Part shown: positions 50,611 through 64,000 of the stretch, in pieces
How the letters are laid out: the number at the start of each line of letters is the position of its first letter
Position numbering within the stretch: the first letter of the stretch is position 1
DNA from: Lingula anatina
Lineage: Eukaryota > Animalia > Brachiopoda
NCBI GenBank assembly: GCA_051362555.1
Contig: CM120646.1
Span: forward strand, 15,934,001-15,998,000
Reading direction: 5' to 3'
Length of the DNA: 64,000 nt
Notes under the pieces: generated by a model
What the model was told of the DNA's origin: nothing
Seen by the model: only the letters and a program-made list of their open reading frames with translations
The model's database searches: none
Position numbers and translations under genes: made by a program

Positions 50611-53600
50611 CAGGTGTATATCCTCACGCACACTTCCTGTATTTTAATGTCTCTAGACGAAGCCGTGGTGATTATTTTGTTGCGCACGTCAAACCCGTCA
50701 ACTGTGTAAACCCTCCCGTAGTGACCACAGAAATAAAATTTAACTCAAGGAGATTGACATTTAAACACATTGCAGGAAAAGATTACTGTACTTTAGCTGT
50801 TTGATTTAATGTGTAGCATGTTTCCAATCAGAAAATCATCCATACTTGGATGAGCCAAAGGTTGAGTGTGAAGAAAAAAACGTATTGCACCATAGATAAT
50901 TATAAGCAGGCTTGTTGCGATTGTTGTGATTGTTGTGATGAAGTCGGTTAATACCATGGCAACCGCACAAAGAACAATTATCAGCCGCCGTAGTTTACCA
51001 ATACGTTCAACCTGTAAACTAATACCATATAATATATGCAGCTGTCCATACAGAACTCAGAATTGCACCGATTTTAACATTAATGCTTAACAGATCAGAA
51101 GAAAAAGAAGGCTAATGTTTTTTCATACAAGCTGTAGATGGTGTGTTTGGCCGTACGGGGTGTGTGACATAAATATTATTTTCTGTAGAGGCCCATAGGT
51201 AGGCCTATGCCTGGGACAGATACATATCACCAGTTAATATTGCACAACAATTAGTATGTAAATAAGTAGTAGCCACATGTACACATAGATTCCCTGTAGA
51301 TAATCTGTATATAACTTGAAGCTTGTCCATAATAAAGAGACTTATGATCTGAGACTGAAGATGTGAAGTTGTTCTGTTATGCTTCTCTGTGCACGTACAG
51401 TGAAAGACTGAGGCGAATCTGGAGTCATGTCGGAGCCCATAGATTAGTTAATTCGTTAATGGAAATTGATACACTGAAATTCAGTACAGTTATAAATTAA
51501 AGTAAAAGTCATTTAAGACGGTTCACAACAATTTTGTAAATTTGTCTGTATGAAATGAAATGTTGTGGCAGACACCTGTTTGAGAAGTGGGCTCAACATT
51601 ATTTTAATACCCATATGCTTACCAACTTGATCTAAGTAACGAAAATAATAAATATATTGCAGAGCACCTTTCTCTTTGTGTTTCTTTGATACTCATTATT
51701 TCTTGAATATTGACATTTTTAATACCACAGGGTGGATAATTACATAAAGAACAGCGTTCAAGTACGTTTGAACTGCTTATTAAGAGAGTGCATGACCTGT
51801 CGTCAAATTAATGACAATCTTTCTCTTGTGTGTCATGCCATAGGCCTGCGCGATAAGCTTAATCAGTGCAAAGCTACACCATTATCCGCAAATAATTGGC
51901 GCTGATACTTATTCGGAGTCAAATAGATAACAGTCACGAATATTTGGCTCCCCCATAATAGATTTATGCTGTTTTCGACATTTAATCCGAGAGAAATCAA
52001 CCTTGATCCATAGCAAACACAGGAAACCGTGGTTTCACTGACATTTTCAACAAAAGCATCAGGGTAAGGTAAGACGCAATCCAGAGAAAAGAAAAAGTAT
52101 AATACATGTTTATCTATATCGCCGACAGATGGATATTGCTGACTTACGTTAGTACCACCAACAGCGCCGGATGAACAAGAGCTCAAATTTATATATTACA
52201 AGTCTTTCCCATTGACTTGTATTATACGAAGAAGAGCACGACACGGACGTAGACGAGATATAGCTAGACCACGCAAAAAGTGCTCGCGGAGTGTTCACTG
52301 GCGAGGCAGATAATCGACAGTTTGATGTTATTTACGTGTCTTTTGGCGAGAAAGAACAACCGAGTTGTTTTAATGTTGGATTCATTCGTGGACAATGTGT
52401 AAAAATTAACCCGTTTAACGGAAAGTAAAATTTTGGGGAAATTAAACACCATCAATCTGATGCATTCACCATGTATATGCAAGCCAGGACTCATAAGAAT
52501 ATTGAGTCCTAGATACGAATAACCAAAGGCGATAAAGAGCAGTCAAAATATGCTATGTGTTAGTGAAATCTTGTACAAAGCGAACACAGCGACGTCTACG
52601 GAGAGTTGATAGGTGCAACGATAGCAAAGCCAATTTCGACGAGTTTTTTTTCTTTAACTCAGCATGCATCGCCAGCCTTTATGGTAGTAAAGAACTATTG
52701 ATCTTAACACACCGTAGCTCGGTCGCGTGCTAACACATGTGATATTATAAAATTATCCACCATCAACCAACGTACGCACTTCTTATGTGATGAATTTTTT
52801 CAAGAGCAAATGGGTTTTCTACTTGGAGATAACACTCAGTGTGCTTTGCTTGCTTATATTTTTCTACCATCTACATTTGATATCAATGGATGCTTTGGTT
52901 GAGGACAAACACGCCAACATGCTTTGAATATACCCTCTACCAGGGCCGCAGTTATTATACCGTGGACATTTTTGCTGGGGCGACACAGTACAGATATTAG
53001 CCATCTATTTAACCAGGGACATATCTGTAAATATGTAGTAAAAAATCAATCTGTGGCCCTGGTAGAGGGTATTTTGAATAAACAGTAGCTGCGACGTAAG
53101 GCAGGGCCGAGAGAGAGGGCTTAGAAAAGGCTATTAAGCCAGACTTAGGTACATGTGGTCTTTGTGAGTGCTCACTGGAATCAACTCCATATCGTCGAAT
53201 GCTCGACCCTGTCGTTTTTGGAAAGAGGGCCGCCTTTAATAGGAACGCGTGAAACGAAACCATGTTAGTTCCATAGCACCGGGAAGTGAACGCCTTGTTG
53301 GCCAATCCCCCATCTTCAAGCGCCGTCATTCTATTATTTTCTGAGATGTGCAGTCAGAGAATAAAGTGTGGTTATTACATGGTGGGAAAACGAAAACCAA
53401 ACACCCCGCAGATCAATTGCAATCAATGCTACAAGCATATGCACTGAGCTACCGCACGTCATTAAGACTACGAGGTCTCTTCTTTCTTCAACTAATGATC
53501 TAAACCTCAGGAAAATGAAGGGTTAACTGTGTTAATTATGTGACTATACGCCTATTAAACTTCCTTTACTTCAGACAGAGAACAGGACACAGGTGCATGC

Positions 53601-55161
53601 TGTATTGTTTCGGGCAAAGAATATGCAGAAGAAAGAAGGACAACTTAATTACCAAAACGGAAGTTAGATTATAGCTAGAGCACTGCAATTTTGCACCCCT
53701 AATTTGTGTGATATGACTATCGATTTCAACCAGTTTTGATCACTCCCGACTTTTGGCGTTACTGGGAACAAATTGTGATATCATCGAAATATTAAAACGT
53801 TTTATGACCACTGGGCTATGTTTTCAACGCTGAGGAACTGGTTATGCGACATGTGGTGAAAACTAGTCGAGGATGTCCACTTAACAGCAGTACCACTGGA
53901 GAAACAGAATCGCAATGGAAAAACAATTGCTCCTTTGACTTGACCTCGCCGTACCTTCGATTGCTGGCTTCTGTTAATGTTACTTTATATTATATTCGAA
54001 CAGTGTATCATTAAAAACATTCTATCCATAGGTGGACAGTAATACTTTGCATGGCAAAGCTTTTTCTTACAAATAACAAAAAAAAAAAAAAAAAGACAAA
54101 TGTATCATCACATTTTATATGGATGTTCCTATCCTTTCTTAACCAAAACAAAAGTATATGCAGAATGATGAAAAATAATACAAACGCACATCAATTCATT
54201 TACAAGAGTTCAAATAGATCTTTGTTGTATTTGTATTCCTTCATTATGAAAAACGCCTATCTGTATCTCTACTTCTCCTTTTATGTTAACTTAACCTTAA
54301 CAAACGTCTCATTGTCCCTTATCGACCTTGTGTTTTGATATTTTACTAAATGGATTTTCCAAAGAACAACTGCCATCTTCGAGATGAATAATAGGGAACA
54401 ACGGGTTCTTGTAATTTAGAGACGTTCTTTCAGAGCGAAAAAAAAATTAGAATACGTTTCTATTTGTGGTATTTCTTGTCATATGCTCACTAACAGTGTA
54501 TTCAAAAATTAAAAGAAGAAAGGAAGTCAGTTATGCATGCCAGAAGATATGGTTTAATTTTCCTAAATGAAACATCACATAATTCTGATATTTTCAAATA
54601 CATCGCGCTGAATACATACAGTATATTTCAAATCGGAATGATAAATTTCCAAACAAGGAAAACTTCCATCCGCTATTTCATGTTTTCAAATATCCTGAAC
54701 AAGAAAACCTACAAAAAATATGAATAAAAGAGAAATGATGAAAACATCAAGTAGAAAAGTTCTCAATGTGTCAACGAAATTATTTAACCAATAATTCCAG
54801 GTTTGAATTTTTTTCGTGATGAATTCTCACATGAACAAGTACGAAACGGTAATTATTTCCTGGTAGGAAAATGATTGTATATATATATAATAAGCTGACA
54901 TTATTAAAGAGTTATAATATTACTTGTTTCATCAATTTGTAACACATTTATCCCGCTTCATCATGGAAAAATTATGCCAATGCCATGTAAAATAAGCTAT
55001 CCACAAACAACAAAAGTTTTCAAAGTACCGGGCCAACACCCACACACACGCGCGCGCGAATCACCTCCCACTTGCTCTTATACACACGTGCATACTGGAT
55101 AAGCTACTAAAAAACATACGTGACTTAAAAAAAGCAATAAAATCTACTCACGTTTGGTCAC

Positions 55162-56821
55162 TTAGTGGAGGACATACTGGAATGGCCCAGCAGTCACTTG
55201 ATAGCTATCGTCCGCTTCTTCTCTTTTTTTCCGCCTCTCGTCGGATCGCAAGCACCCGTTGGTGCAGCGTGACGTAGTATCTTGCGAATGGCAGGCGGTC
55301 AGTTTGCAGTGCAGGTAGATCTGAGGTAAAATCTTCAGGAACTGGAAGGCTTTCAGGCTGAGGCGGATCTCTTTGGGGTTCTGGCACGGGAGAAACTTGA
55401 CAGAGTGGCTGACGGGACATCTGTAAATTGAGAAAAGTGTACCGGTAAAGTCTCTTCTGTTCTGTTCTTGTATAAAGAGAAGACAGTCTGACTACAGTGA
55501 AATTATACACGTACGCGGAAATAGCTAGGTAATATCACAGAGATCCTATATCGTGAGTGATTCCTACTGACGCATGTAACGCAAAATAACCGAACGATTT
55601 CAATTTATTTCTTACACGTGAATGTATTGCACGTACATGTACAAGCTATGGCAGCTCAATGTATAATAACTTACCCATTGCTGATGAACAAAAACTGAAT
55701 CGGGTCTTTTGGACTTGGGGTAGTTGTAGCTTTGCATGTCTTGGCAAATAGTTTGACGTCCTCGTCCTTCGAGTCGACACTGAGCAGGAAATACATTTTG
55801 TCCCGAACCTTCACCGCCACCGGAAAATCTTTCTTGGAGTACGGATTGACGAAGTTCTCGGTCTTAAATTGCTGCATTTTAAAGGAAAAATTCCCAAGCC
55901 TTTCTTCCCTGAAACGAATCTTGTCAACAACAGGGGTGAAGCTGTGGCCTACCCAACGGTGTTTCACATACTTGCAAACCACGTGGATCTCGACGGTGCT
56001 CGCCCAAGTCACTACCCCCTTCATGAGAGACAGGTAGTTGGGTCTGGTTTTAACGACGTTCGAATACCGGATGGAGGAGTTACCGAACTTCACTTTGGCG
56101 CCACAGCCGGTAAGGCTTGATTTGAACGTGATGAAGGTACTGTTACCCGTGGCCTGACAAGAGGGATCTGCTAATTGGAGTTGCCTCGGTATCAAACCGT
56201 GGAATGTCGGTCGCAGAATGTCAATTTGCATGTGCTCATTGGTACATGCGACGGTGACAGGTTTTGCTGAAAGAATGTTCAATGCTTTCGGTTCATGAAG
56301 TTTTCGTTCATGTTCAAGTTTATCAAATGCATTAGTTTATTTCTTAAACAAACATACATTTAGGAGACTGTTCGTTTCATGAGTCTTAGATGAACCCAAC
56401 AAGTAGATATTAAACTATATAGGCATTACTTTCCTTAAGGTTGTGTATCGACAGCGAGGCTAACTTCACAGAGCTGCCACCTAGTGGCTATTAAAGCTCA
56501 CAGGTAACCGCGTGTTACTTACATTGGCAGGTTTTGCCGTCCTGCTCAAGCAGCAAACTTCCCAATGGACATTGGCAGTGGTGTCGGTCATTATATTTCT
56601 TGTGGACACAAATATGGCTGCATCCGCCGTTGTTTGTTTTGCACCGGTTTTTTACTAGGAATACAAACAGTGACTTTGCTTATATTAGGCGAACATGTGC
56701 TCGGATTAGTTCAAATCCAGAGCCGCCTACATATGCGCCTGGGCATTTTTCGACTCAGCCCTTTGTTTTATGACAGAAAGTTGTCACTGTTTTTAAGAAG
56801 TATACTTGAATTGATATCCCA

Positions 56822-56876
<55 letters not shown>

Positions 56877-57324
56877 CGTTAATTTTACACTAAAAACTCT
56901 TTGCGGAATCCTTACCACAGGTCCTTTTGTCACTTCCCAACAGAAAACCATCTCTACACGGCCGCCCATGCCCTGAGTCGTGTTCTGAGTAAAATAATGA
57001 AAAGAAATACTGATGCTGAACAAAAAGTATTTATGCTCCATTATCTGCATGCATAAGAAGCATAGACAGTCTGATTGTTTTTTTTGTCCATTGGAAGAAG
57101 AAAAAGCTTTGATTTCAATAACTAAGCAAGAACAAAGTGTTAGGCCCTACTTATTTGTAAAAAAAGTATACAATTGCACTGCATGTAAACATGTTTTAAA
57201 ATATTTGGCAAACTGAATGGAAGAAGTGCCGTTTAAAAGGGACACTGCAACTTCGTAACAAACATCTACTTCTGTTTTTCTGGTAAATCGAAATCCCCTT
57301 TTCAACATGTTGATAACAGAGTTT

Positions 57325-57367
<43 letters not shown>

Positions 57368-57698
57368 ACATGGCTTAACCACTAATACTATCGATTGAGT
57401 GGCCAACATCATAAACGGCGATCTTGTATTGCTACGTAAGCGCCATCAAAGTTAAGTTCCAACTCACCGCAAGTCTTCTTATTACTAGCAAGGCGGAAAC
57501 CCTTTGGACAAGAGCACACTGCGGTATCGTTGACCATGCTACACTTGCGCTCGCAACCTCCGTTGTTGTCAAGACACAAATCATGTGATTCTAGAAGAAA
57601 TATTAAAACACCATTTGAAAGTCAGAGTAACGCACTATCTTTCCAACCCCGCACACTTTCTTTTACATGCAGGCATGCAACCAAGTATTCGTGCGCTC

Positions 57699-57740
<42 letters not shown>

Positions 57741-57818
57741 CTTAGACATATGCATACACGGATATTTACAAGCTAACAAGCATACCGGATTGAAACGTAG
57801 GCTTAACTAGCCTAGCAA

Positions 57819-57869
<51 letters not shown>

Positions 57870-60605
57870 AACTATAATGTTATCATCATTATTATTGACA
57901 GATCAAAACGTGAACGGGTTATACCACGTTAAAGCTTGTCTAATAAATATAATTTAAAAATTATAATAATAAATAAAACGGGACAAAAATACCTACCTCC
58001 GCAGTACGCCAGAGAACATTCTGGAACCTTTGGCAAATAGTAGACGTAGAAACCTGCCGGACACAACTTAACCTTGACAGTGTCTGACCAAGTACAATTG
58101 CTAATCCAATATGCACACGCTTTGATGCTGGCCACTCCCGCTTGGACCGTCGGGTGACTTTCAGTCAGCCACATCGGGGCGTGAGTCCCGCATCTTTTTC
58201 GCGATGTCGGACACTGCAAATTTAGACGGATGATTAAGTGTGAGATAATACACTGTCACCCGAGCGATATATGCCATAACACCTTCGAGCGTCAGCGAGA
58301 GGTGTTCATGGCATATATCGCGAGAGGGTGACAGTGTATTATTTGACATACATACCACGAACAAACATAGTCATTTCATCCTAAAACACCCCTCAAATCA
58401 AATAAAGTGACCCTACATCACGCTCTAGAGATGTTATACGGAATAAACTCGTCCACGTGCGCTGGTCACCTCCCGCCAAATTCTTACGTAATGTCTGACC
58501 AATTTGGTCAATTTTGCTAAATACTTGTCGTGGACGTTCAACTGGCTTGAAAAGTATTTAATCAACCGTCGACACTGACCATGCGCGTCTCAGCTGAGCC
58601 ACACCTAGCTGGGACTGCTGAGGAAAAAAGGTCCCAAGGCAAAACCTCTACCTTTTAGTGACATTTCTGATAAACAAGGAGCGTCGGACCGGAATATAAT
58701 TTTTCACAAGTGCAAAGGAGAAAGAGATTTACTTTTTGGTGATATTTCTGACAACGAGGCAGTTTCGGAATATGGTCAAAATCAGACGGATGTTTATTAC
58801 AAGTTCACGGGAGTAATAATTCTAGTTTTTATTGTTATTTCTGACGACGAGGCGGTTACGGAATATAGTCAAAACCAAACGGATGTTTATTTCAAGTCCA
58901 CAGGAGTAATAATTCTACGTTTTGGTGACATTTCTTACTACGAGGCGGTTTCGGAATATAGGCCTACATGTGCTGGTTTTCAGATCATTCATGTGCTACA
59001 CGTAATTACAAGTTCAAAGGTGAATATATTTGATTTTTACCGATATATATATGATAAAGAGGAAGAATGAACAGCTTAAAAACAAAAGGTAAATAGCACA
59101 ACCCTCGTTAAAAAGTTATAGCTTTATAAATAATTTGTACATGTATGCACGTGTGGCTTAAATGTAAACGAATTTCCGTTTTCAAACCATACCCATATGA
59201 TATGACTTATTGTAATAATATTATAAATAATAATTGCTAAACGAAAAAAGTTAATGCTAATTTTTTAAGAGTGTGAGAGATTTTAAGTTTGTTTAATGGT
59301 AGGTGTATAACGCAAGCAACGTCACTATTCTCTTGATGCCAAGATGGTCACATGATCACCCTGTCTTTGGCTTTCAGTATTTAAGAGACTTCGACTGATT
59401 TAACCAAGATGCAGTCGTGAAATTCTAGACTACATCGAGGTTAAATCCGAGTTTTCCGAGAGACGCTACGCAGAAATGTCGAGTGAAGCGAGATATTTTT
59501 GAGTAGCGGCTCGAGGTTGCCCTCGATCTTCACTTAAGCTTGGCTAAATGGACAGGCTTCAGTGATCATCATATCGCCACGGTCACATAACGTCCCTAGG
59601 TATGTATGACGGAACACTGTCTCCCGATAAGGCAGGCAGTTTTATTTAAATCTTTCACAGTAGTGCACTATTTGTGCTGTTTAAAAATGTTGAATGTTAC
59701 ATTAATAGACTGTCGATAGTTTGACAACACAAACAAGCTATATACCAAAATGTAGCCCATTTTGGACCTGTTCTGAAAGTCTGCTTGCAGGCAAAAAGCC
59801 TTCATTTATCAACTAATTAATTAACTTGAGTGAACTCTAGCCTCTTTGGTAAAATATTTACTTTGCCCTAACCTTATGCGTATAGATGGTTCCACTAATT
59901 TCTCTTTACATTGTAGATGGTATGGAATCTGCTGGACGTTTTAATATAGTAGTTCATTGAAGAATCTGACATTTCCAGAAAACACCATTTTTTGTTTTTA
60001 CAAACAAATCTCCATTATAATACAATGTACACTTGCAGGGCCCCTTATCCAATTCACGAATTCATCACCACTGTGTTGTCCCTAAATTCTAAATATTAAA
60101 TCCAATATTTCTTTCCAACGCCAAGGACATATTTTGAGCGTTCGTTGTTAAATCAATGCCAACAATGCCTTTTTCTACATTCTATATATTTAATGTATCA
60201 CAAATAGGAAACAAGTACATACATAGGCATATGAAAGCAAATTTTGAAAAAAATGTATGAATAGATCAAAAGTGGATGTCAATGAAAATGAACACAGAGA
60301 AACTGTAGATATACTACACCAGTGCCTAAACCCCTTTACTTATATATCAATACAGATGGAATCAATTTGAAAAATATGCCAGGGAAATTTTTTTTTTTAT
60401 AATTACAGACGTCAAATGTTAGGTTTTAAAAATTAGAGCTTACCTTATCTAGCATTTTGTTTCCAGCACCGCCTCTGAATCTGTACCAACCGGGGAAATC
60501 ATTGCCTTTATCACAGTGTGTGTTCCCTCTTTTATCCACATCTCTCGCATTGTTAACATTTCTCCAACCTTGGGCAAGGATGCCGTGCTTTATACAGGGA
60601 TCTAC

Positions 60606-60653
<48 letters not shown>

Positions 60654-61697
60654 ATATCAATGATATTCAACAAAGCCTTAAAATAGATAATACATGTATA
60701 AAAACATTTTGTTGGAAAGGCAACATTTATCTGAAAGGTGTGATAGCACTGCTAAGAAAAATAGATCATGAGTCGTCAATGATAGATAAACATCTCAGTG
60801 TATTTTTTGCATTCCAATCTTTTTCCATCGTGTTTAATTTGAATATTTATAAACAGTGAATAAAATAGTAAGAGAAATCTTTTTAGCCAAAGACGCAATC
60901 TTTAAAACACTTTACATCTCGGCATTTGAAAAGGAGCTTAACGTTTATATATTACTCTGTTATAAACCATCATCAACCCCCTTTTTCACTCAAACTCAGG
61001 TGTGCCTTAAGAATTTAAAAGAAAGTCAGTAAAACTAAATGGTCAATTACCAGCGTGTCGTGACTTTGCTCCATCGTTTGCAGTCGAACTCTGAATATGG
61101 AATAAAGCAAACATTTATTACTCCCCTGTCTAATGTTTATACAGTATATTCAAGACGCAAAAAAGGGGAAAGCAGACGAAGCCTGGCGGTATAAAATATT
61201 TTGGACAAATAGCTAAATAAGATTTATCAATGTCATCATTGATTTCGTACAACATGAATGTTACCAATAAGTAAGTCGAAAAAAAAAAGATTATCAAGAA
61301 TGAGATTAAGTAAAACACAAATTTAACTCGACAAAAATACGTTAACAGTGTGAATTATACATGGGGACATATAAATTTATCATAAATTAATGTACCTTAA
61401 ATATCATTAAATAAAATTCATCGTTCAACTTCATTAGACCCATATGTAGATCTTAAAGCATAGAAGGAGACCTCTATATAAGGTGACACTACACTTTATT
61501 GATAACTAAATTGTATTATACTTTATCTCCACACTGTTACAATGAAGAATACACGGAGTACATGTAGCTTCTAAGATTCCTCTCTCATTAATATATTAAA
61601 TGCACGTGTGTATTTATCAAACATTTGTATACATTACCTCCGATAGGGAACCATGTAACAATAGGCAGAAAGTACAACAAGAGATCGACCAAATCAT
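55162..61697 (-). CDS. OIT3/uromodulin-like secreted ZP-module protein (signal-D8C-EGF-EGF-ZP), about 527 aa, 8 coding exons
   Basis: Exons 61697-61638, 61090-61051, 60604-60444, 58213-57997, 57590-57468, 56654-56523, 56266-55675, 55420-55162; GT-AG, phases consistent, 1584 nt. D8C motifs DPC..CD..GWYRFRG..CGTHAPMWL..CPAGFYVYYL..CSLAYC; two NNGGC EGFs; ZP-N/ZP-C cysteines; furin site RRKKR; EHP-like YQVTAGPF; then stop. Confidence 0.9.
56828..56872. repeat. (GA)n microsatellite (others at 57327-57366 and 57823-57867; (TG)n at 57703-57737)
   Basis: Directly visible. Confidence 0.95.
58245..58342. mobile_element. 98-bp hairpin element (tiny MITE) about 30 nt upstream of a ZP-gene acceptor
   Basis: ataatacactgtcacc..cgatatatgccat..aacacct / aggtgttcatggcatatatcg..ggtgacagtgtattat around a gagcgtcagcgag loop. 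Confidence 0.8.
58654..58960. repeat. Tandem repeat of about 90 bp, about 3.5 diverged copies, in a ZP-gene intron
   Basis: The gtgacatttctga..gaggcggtttcggaatat..caagt..ggagtaataattcta unit recurs. Confidence 0.8.
60607..60652. repeat. (AAAT)n microsatellite abutting the ZP-gene exon 3 acceptor
   Basis: Directly visible. Confidence 0.9.
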
Positions 61698-64000
61698 CTC
61701 CTTTCTCCAGCACTGATAAAAAGGTGAGTGAGGCCGTTCAGTGAAACGACTTAAATCATTCATTTTCTTGGCGCCGCACCCACGACTTCCAAATATGGAC
61801 ATCATAAACTACCGTGGGCAGGAGATTGACAGTGGGTTGAAAATACGTTAATGGATACGATTCAGAGGTCAGATCTGTTTGCAGCGAAATGCTAACAACG
61901 GTCAGGGCTTCAATGCTCGGGTTTATCATTTGTAAATACTTCAGACACGATGTTTTTAGATTTATTTTTGGTCGAATTTATCATTTATCAGTAGTTTAAA
62001 TATGGCATTTTCAGATTTATTTTTTCTACCTCTGTTTTCGATGCAAATTCAGAGCAGGATGTCTACAGGGGCTCCTGTTCACGTCTTTAAGTGAAAAATA
62101 ATAAATAGCCACCAAAATATCACATCCCGGGCAGAGATCCCCGTCAATCAATGTCCAAATTAAAGTATATACCCTTTGCTAGCTCCACCCTTCATCACTT
62201 ACTTCCTAAAGCGTCCCTCCCACTAAAATTAGCTTCCTTCGCGACTGTCCAAAAAACATTAACACCGATATACTACATGTACGTCTTAATACATGAACAT
62301 TTTACATCTTAGATCCTTTCAGAGCTCGCGTTGAACGCCATTTCTGGAGGTTGCTATCAAAGGCTTACTCTCAGATAGGCCCCCGAGCCCCTACCTTACT
62401 CGAAATTTATTGCATATCTACAGACTCTTTCAAACTATCAAAACCACATAATACCAGGAGGAAAGAGTAAAACGATATTTTGTTATCTCTATTGTCTCTT
62501 TTTTCTAAGACACGTTACCAGCTAATCTTGATCGAGAGCAAGGCAAAAGGTGCGCTTTCTGCTTATGCCCCGACTCGTGTTAATGCATCATTTTACAGCA
62601 TTAGGTTTGTGTACTCAAAAATTTTATCTATAATTTTTATTCGTGTGAAGTCATATACTTTTTATTCCATATGCAGTCCGCCAAAAGTTAGACAAAAAAT
62701 TAAAAAGAAATCACATTTATTAATTGCGAGTAACCAAAGTCCTTTTAAGCATGCATTATACAGTGTTTTCAGTTAAACATCCTGGGTACAAATTGATGGT
62801 GAATGTGGAAAAGGTGTGTGTGTGTGTGTGTGTGTGGGGGGGGGGGGGGGCAGGCCTGTAAAATGTGTTTTTAACGGAATACGTGTTGTAAGACAATATG
62901 ATATTTCCCCATAGATACTTGTATGCATTCACTCATGAAGTGGTAAATTATCTTGATCGAGGACAAGACGTGTCCTGTTGCTTTTAATAGTCATGTTTTT
63001 TTATGTTTATTTCCTAAGCCTTTCTTTCTTTTTTCTTTATTTGTATCGTTCCTCCAGTCTTCAAAGTACACTTTGATGTTAGGCTTAATATTAATAACTC
63101 TTTGAATGATTTATGGCCTATAAGGCGTTCATTTTTAGCCGACAAAAATACAGAAGGCCGGGTCTTTTCGCAGTGTGAGTGCCCCCGTCGGTGAAGAGCG
63201 GCACACACCGACCTATATATTGAATTATAGAATTATAGAAAGGCTAATCTAAGTAATTGAATTGCAAATTGATAGAATAATAAATGAAAAGAGACAAAAA
63301 GGCAAATATTTAATAAGTGATAACAGTGGTATAGACCCCCATCCCCCCTCCCCCCACGCTTACTGCAATTTTTATATATACTCCTTTCGCAAGTGAATAT
63401 TCGACTTGGCTTATTTGAATGTTGTAATCCTATCATCAAATGTAATAATAATTTAAGGTATAACCCGGTTCACAACTTTGCCAAATATTCTTCACGATAT
63501 GCAATTTCGTTTCTGGATGTCGTTATAGAAATGAATTCAGGCAAATTTCCGTCATTACGGTAAAAATAAACCATAGGAACTGAATTTATAGATCCTTTTT
63601 CTCCCAATAACTTTGTTGTAGATCACAGACTCTCAAACTTCCCATATTGTGAAAAAATTCAGTTTAACCGAAAACATAACACGTTTAGTCAGTTGCTCTG
63701 CTTTTTAATAATAAGCACAATTCAGAATCTGCACAAAAGCGGATTAAAATATGTATACGTAGAATAGTAAAACAAGTTTTACACTCCACTAGTGATATAA
63801 AGCAAAGTTAAATGTTGGTTGGTTTACGCTTTTCGTGAAAATAGAATTATATCGGTTAAAATCGCATGTCCCATGTCCAATTGCCGAGATGAGATTTCGA
63901 TCTTCGTAAGAGTTGAGGACATTTGCTGATGCAGTTCTGTAAAGATGTTTTAATGAAAAATTAAAGATGCCAGGACACTTCAGCTCAAACAAATATATAT

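Noticed and set aside
55205-55510. 101-aa Pro-rich minus-strand ORF
   Set aside because: Alternative frame of the last ZP exon; the phase-2 junction and conserved ZP-C cysteines define the true frame.

Overview
AT-rich, intron-containing eukaryotic (invertebrate animal, probably lophotrochozoan; inference) genomic DNA. Most ORFs in the supplied track are microsatellite or antisense artefacts. By manual GT-AG and phase reconstruction I find five spliced genes: a GM2-activator/ML-domain protein (minus, 18.9-21.8 kb); a divergent HIG1-domain protein (minus, 27.3-28.3 kb) head-to-head with a 19-exon STK11IP orthologue (plus, 30.0-43.6 kb); an unrecognised 84-aa secreted cationic peptide with 10 mature Cys and clustered kB/STAT-like sites upstream (plus, 48.4-50.0 kb); and an OIT3/uromodulin-like D8C-EGF-EGF-ZP protein with no membrane anchor (minus, 55.2-61.7 kb). 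A possible terminal exon of an upstream gene lies at 585-670. Non-coding DNA carries many palindromic MITEs (nested, composite, and a CAG..CTG family with apparent 5-bp TSDs), minisatellites and microsatellites. No rRNA, tRNA or CRISPR array was seen. Best leads: the candidate defence peptide, and an inverted-repeat pair bracketing a frame-preserving, stop-free 516-nt exon block of STK11IP (candidate circRNA or skipping switch). Protein identities come from recalled motifs, not database searches.
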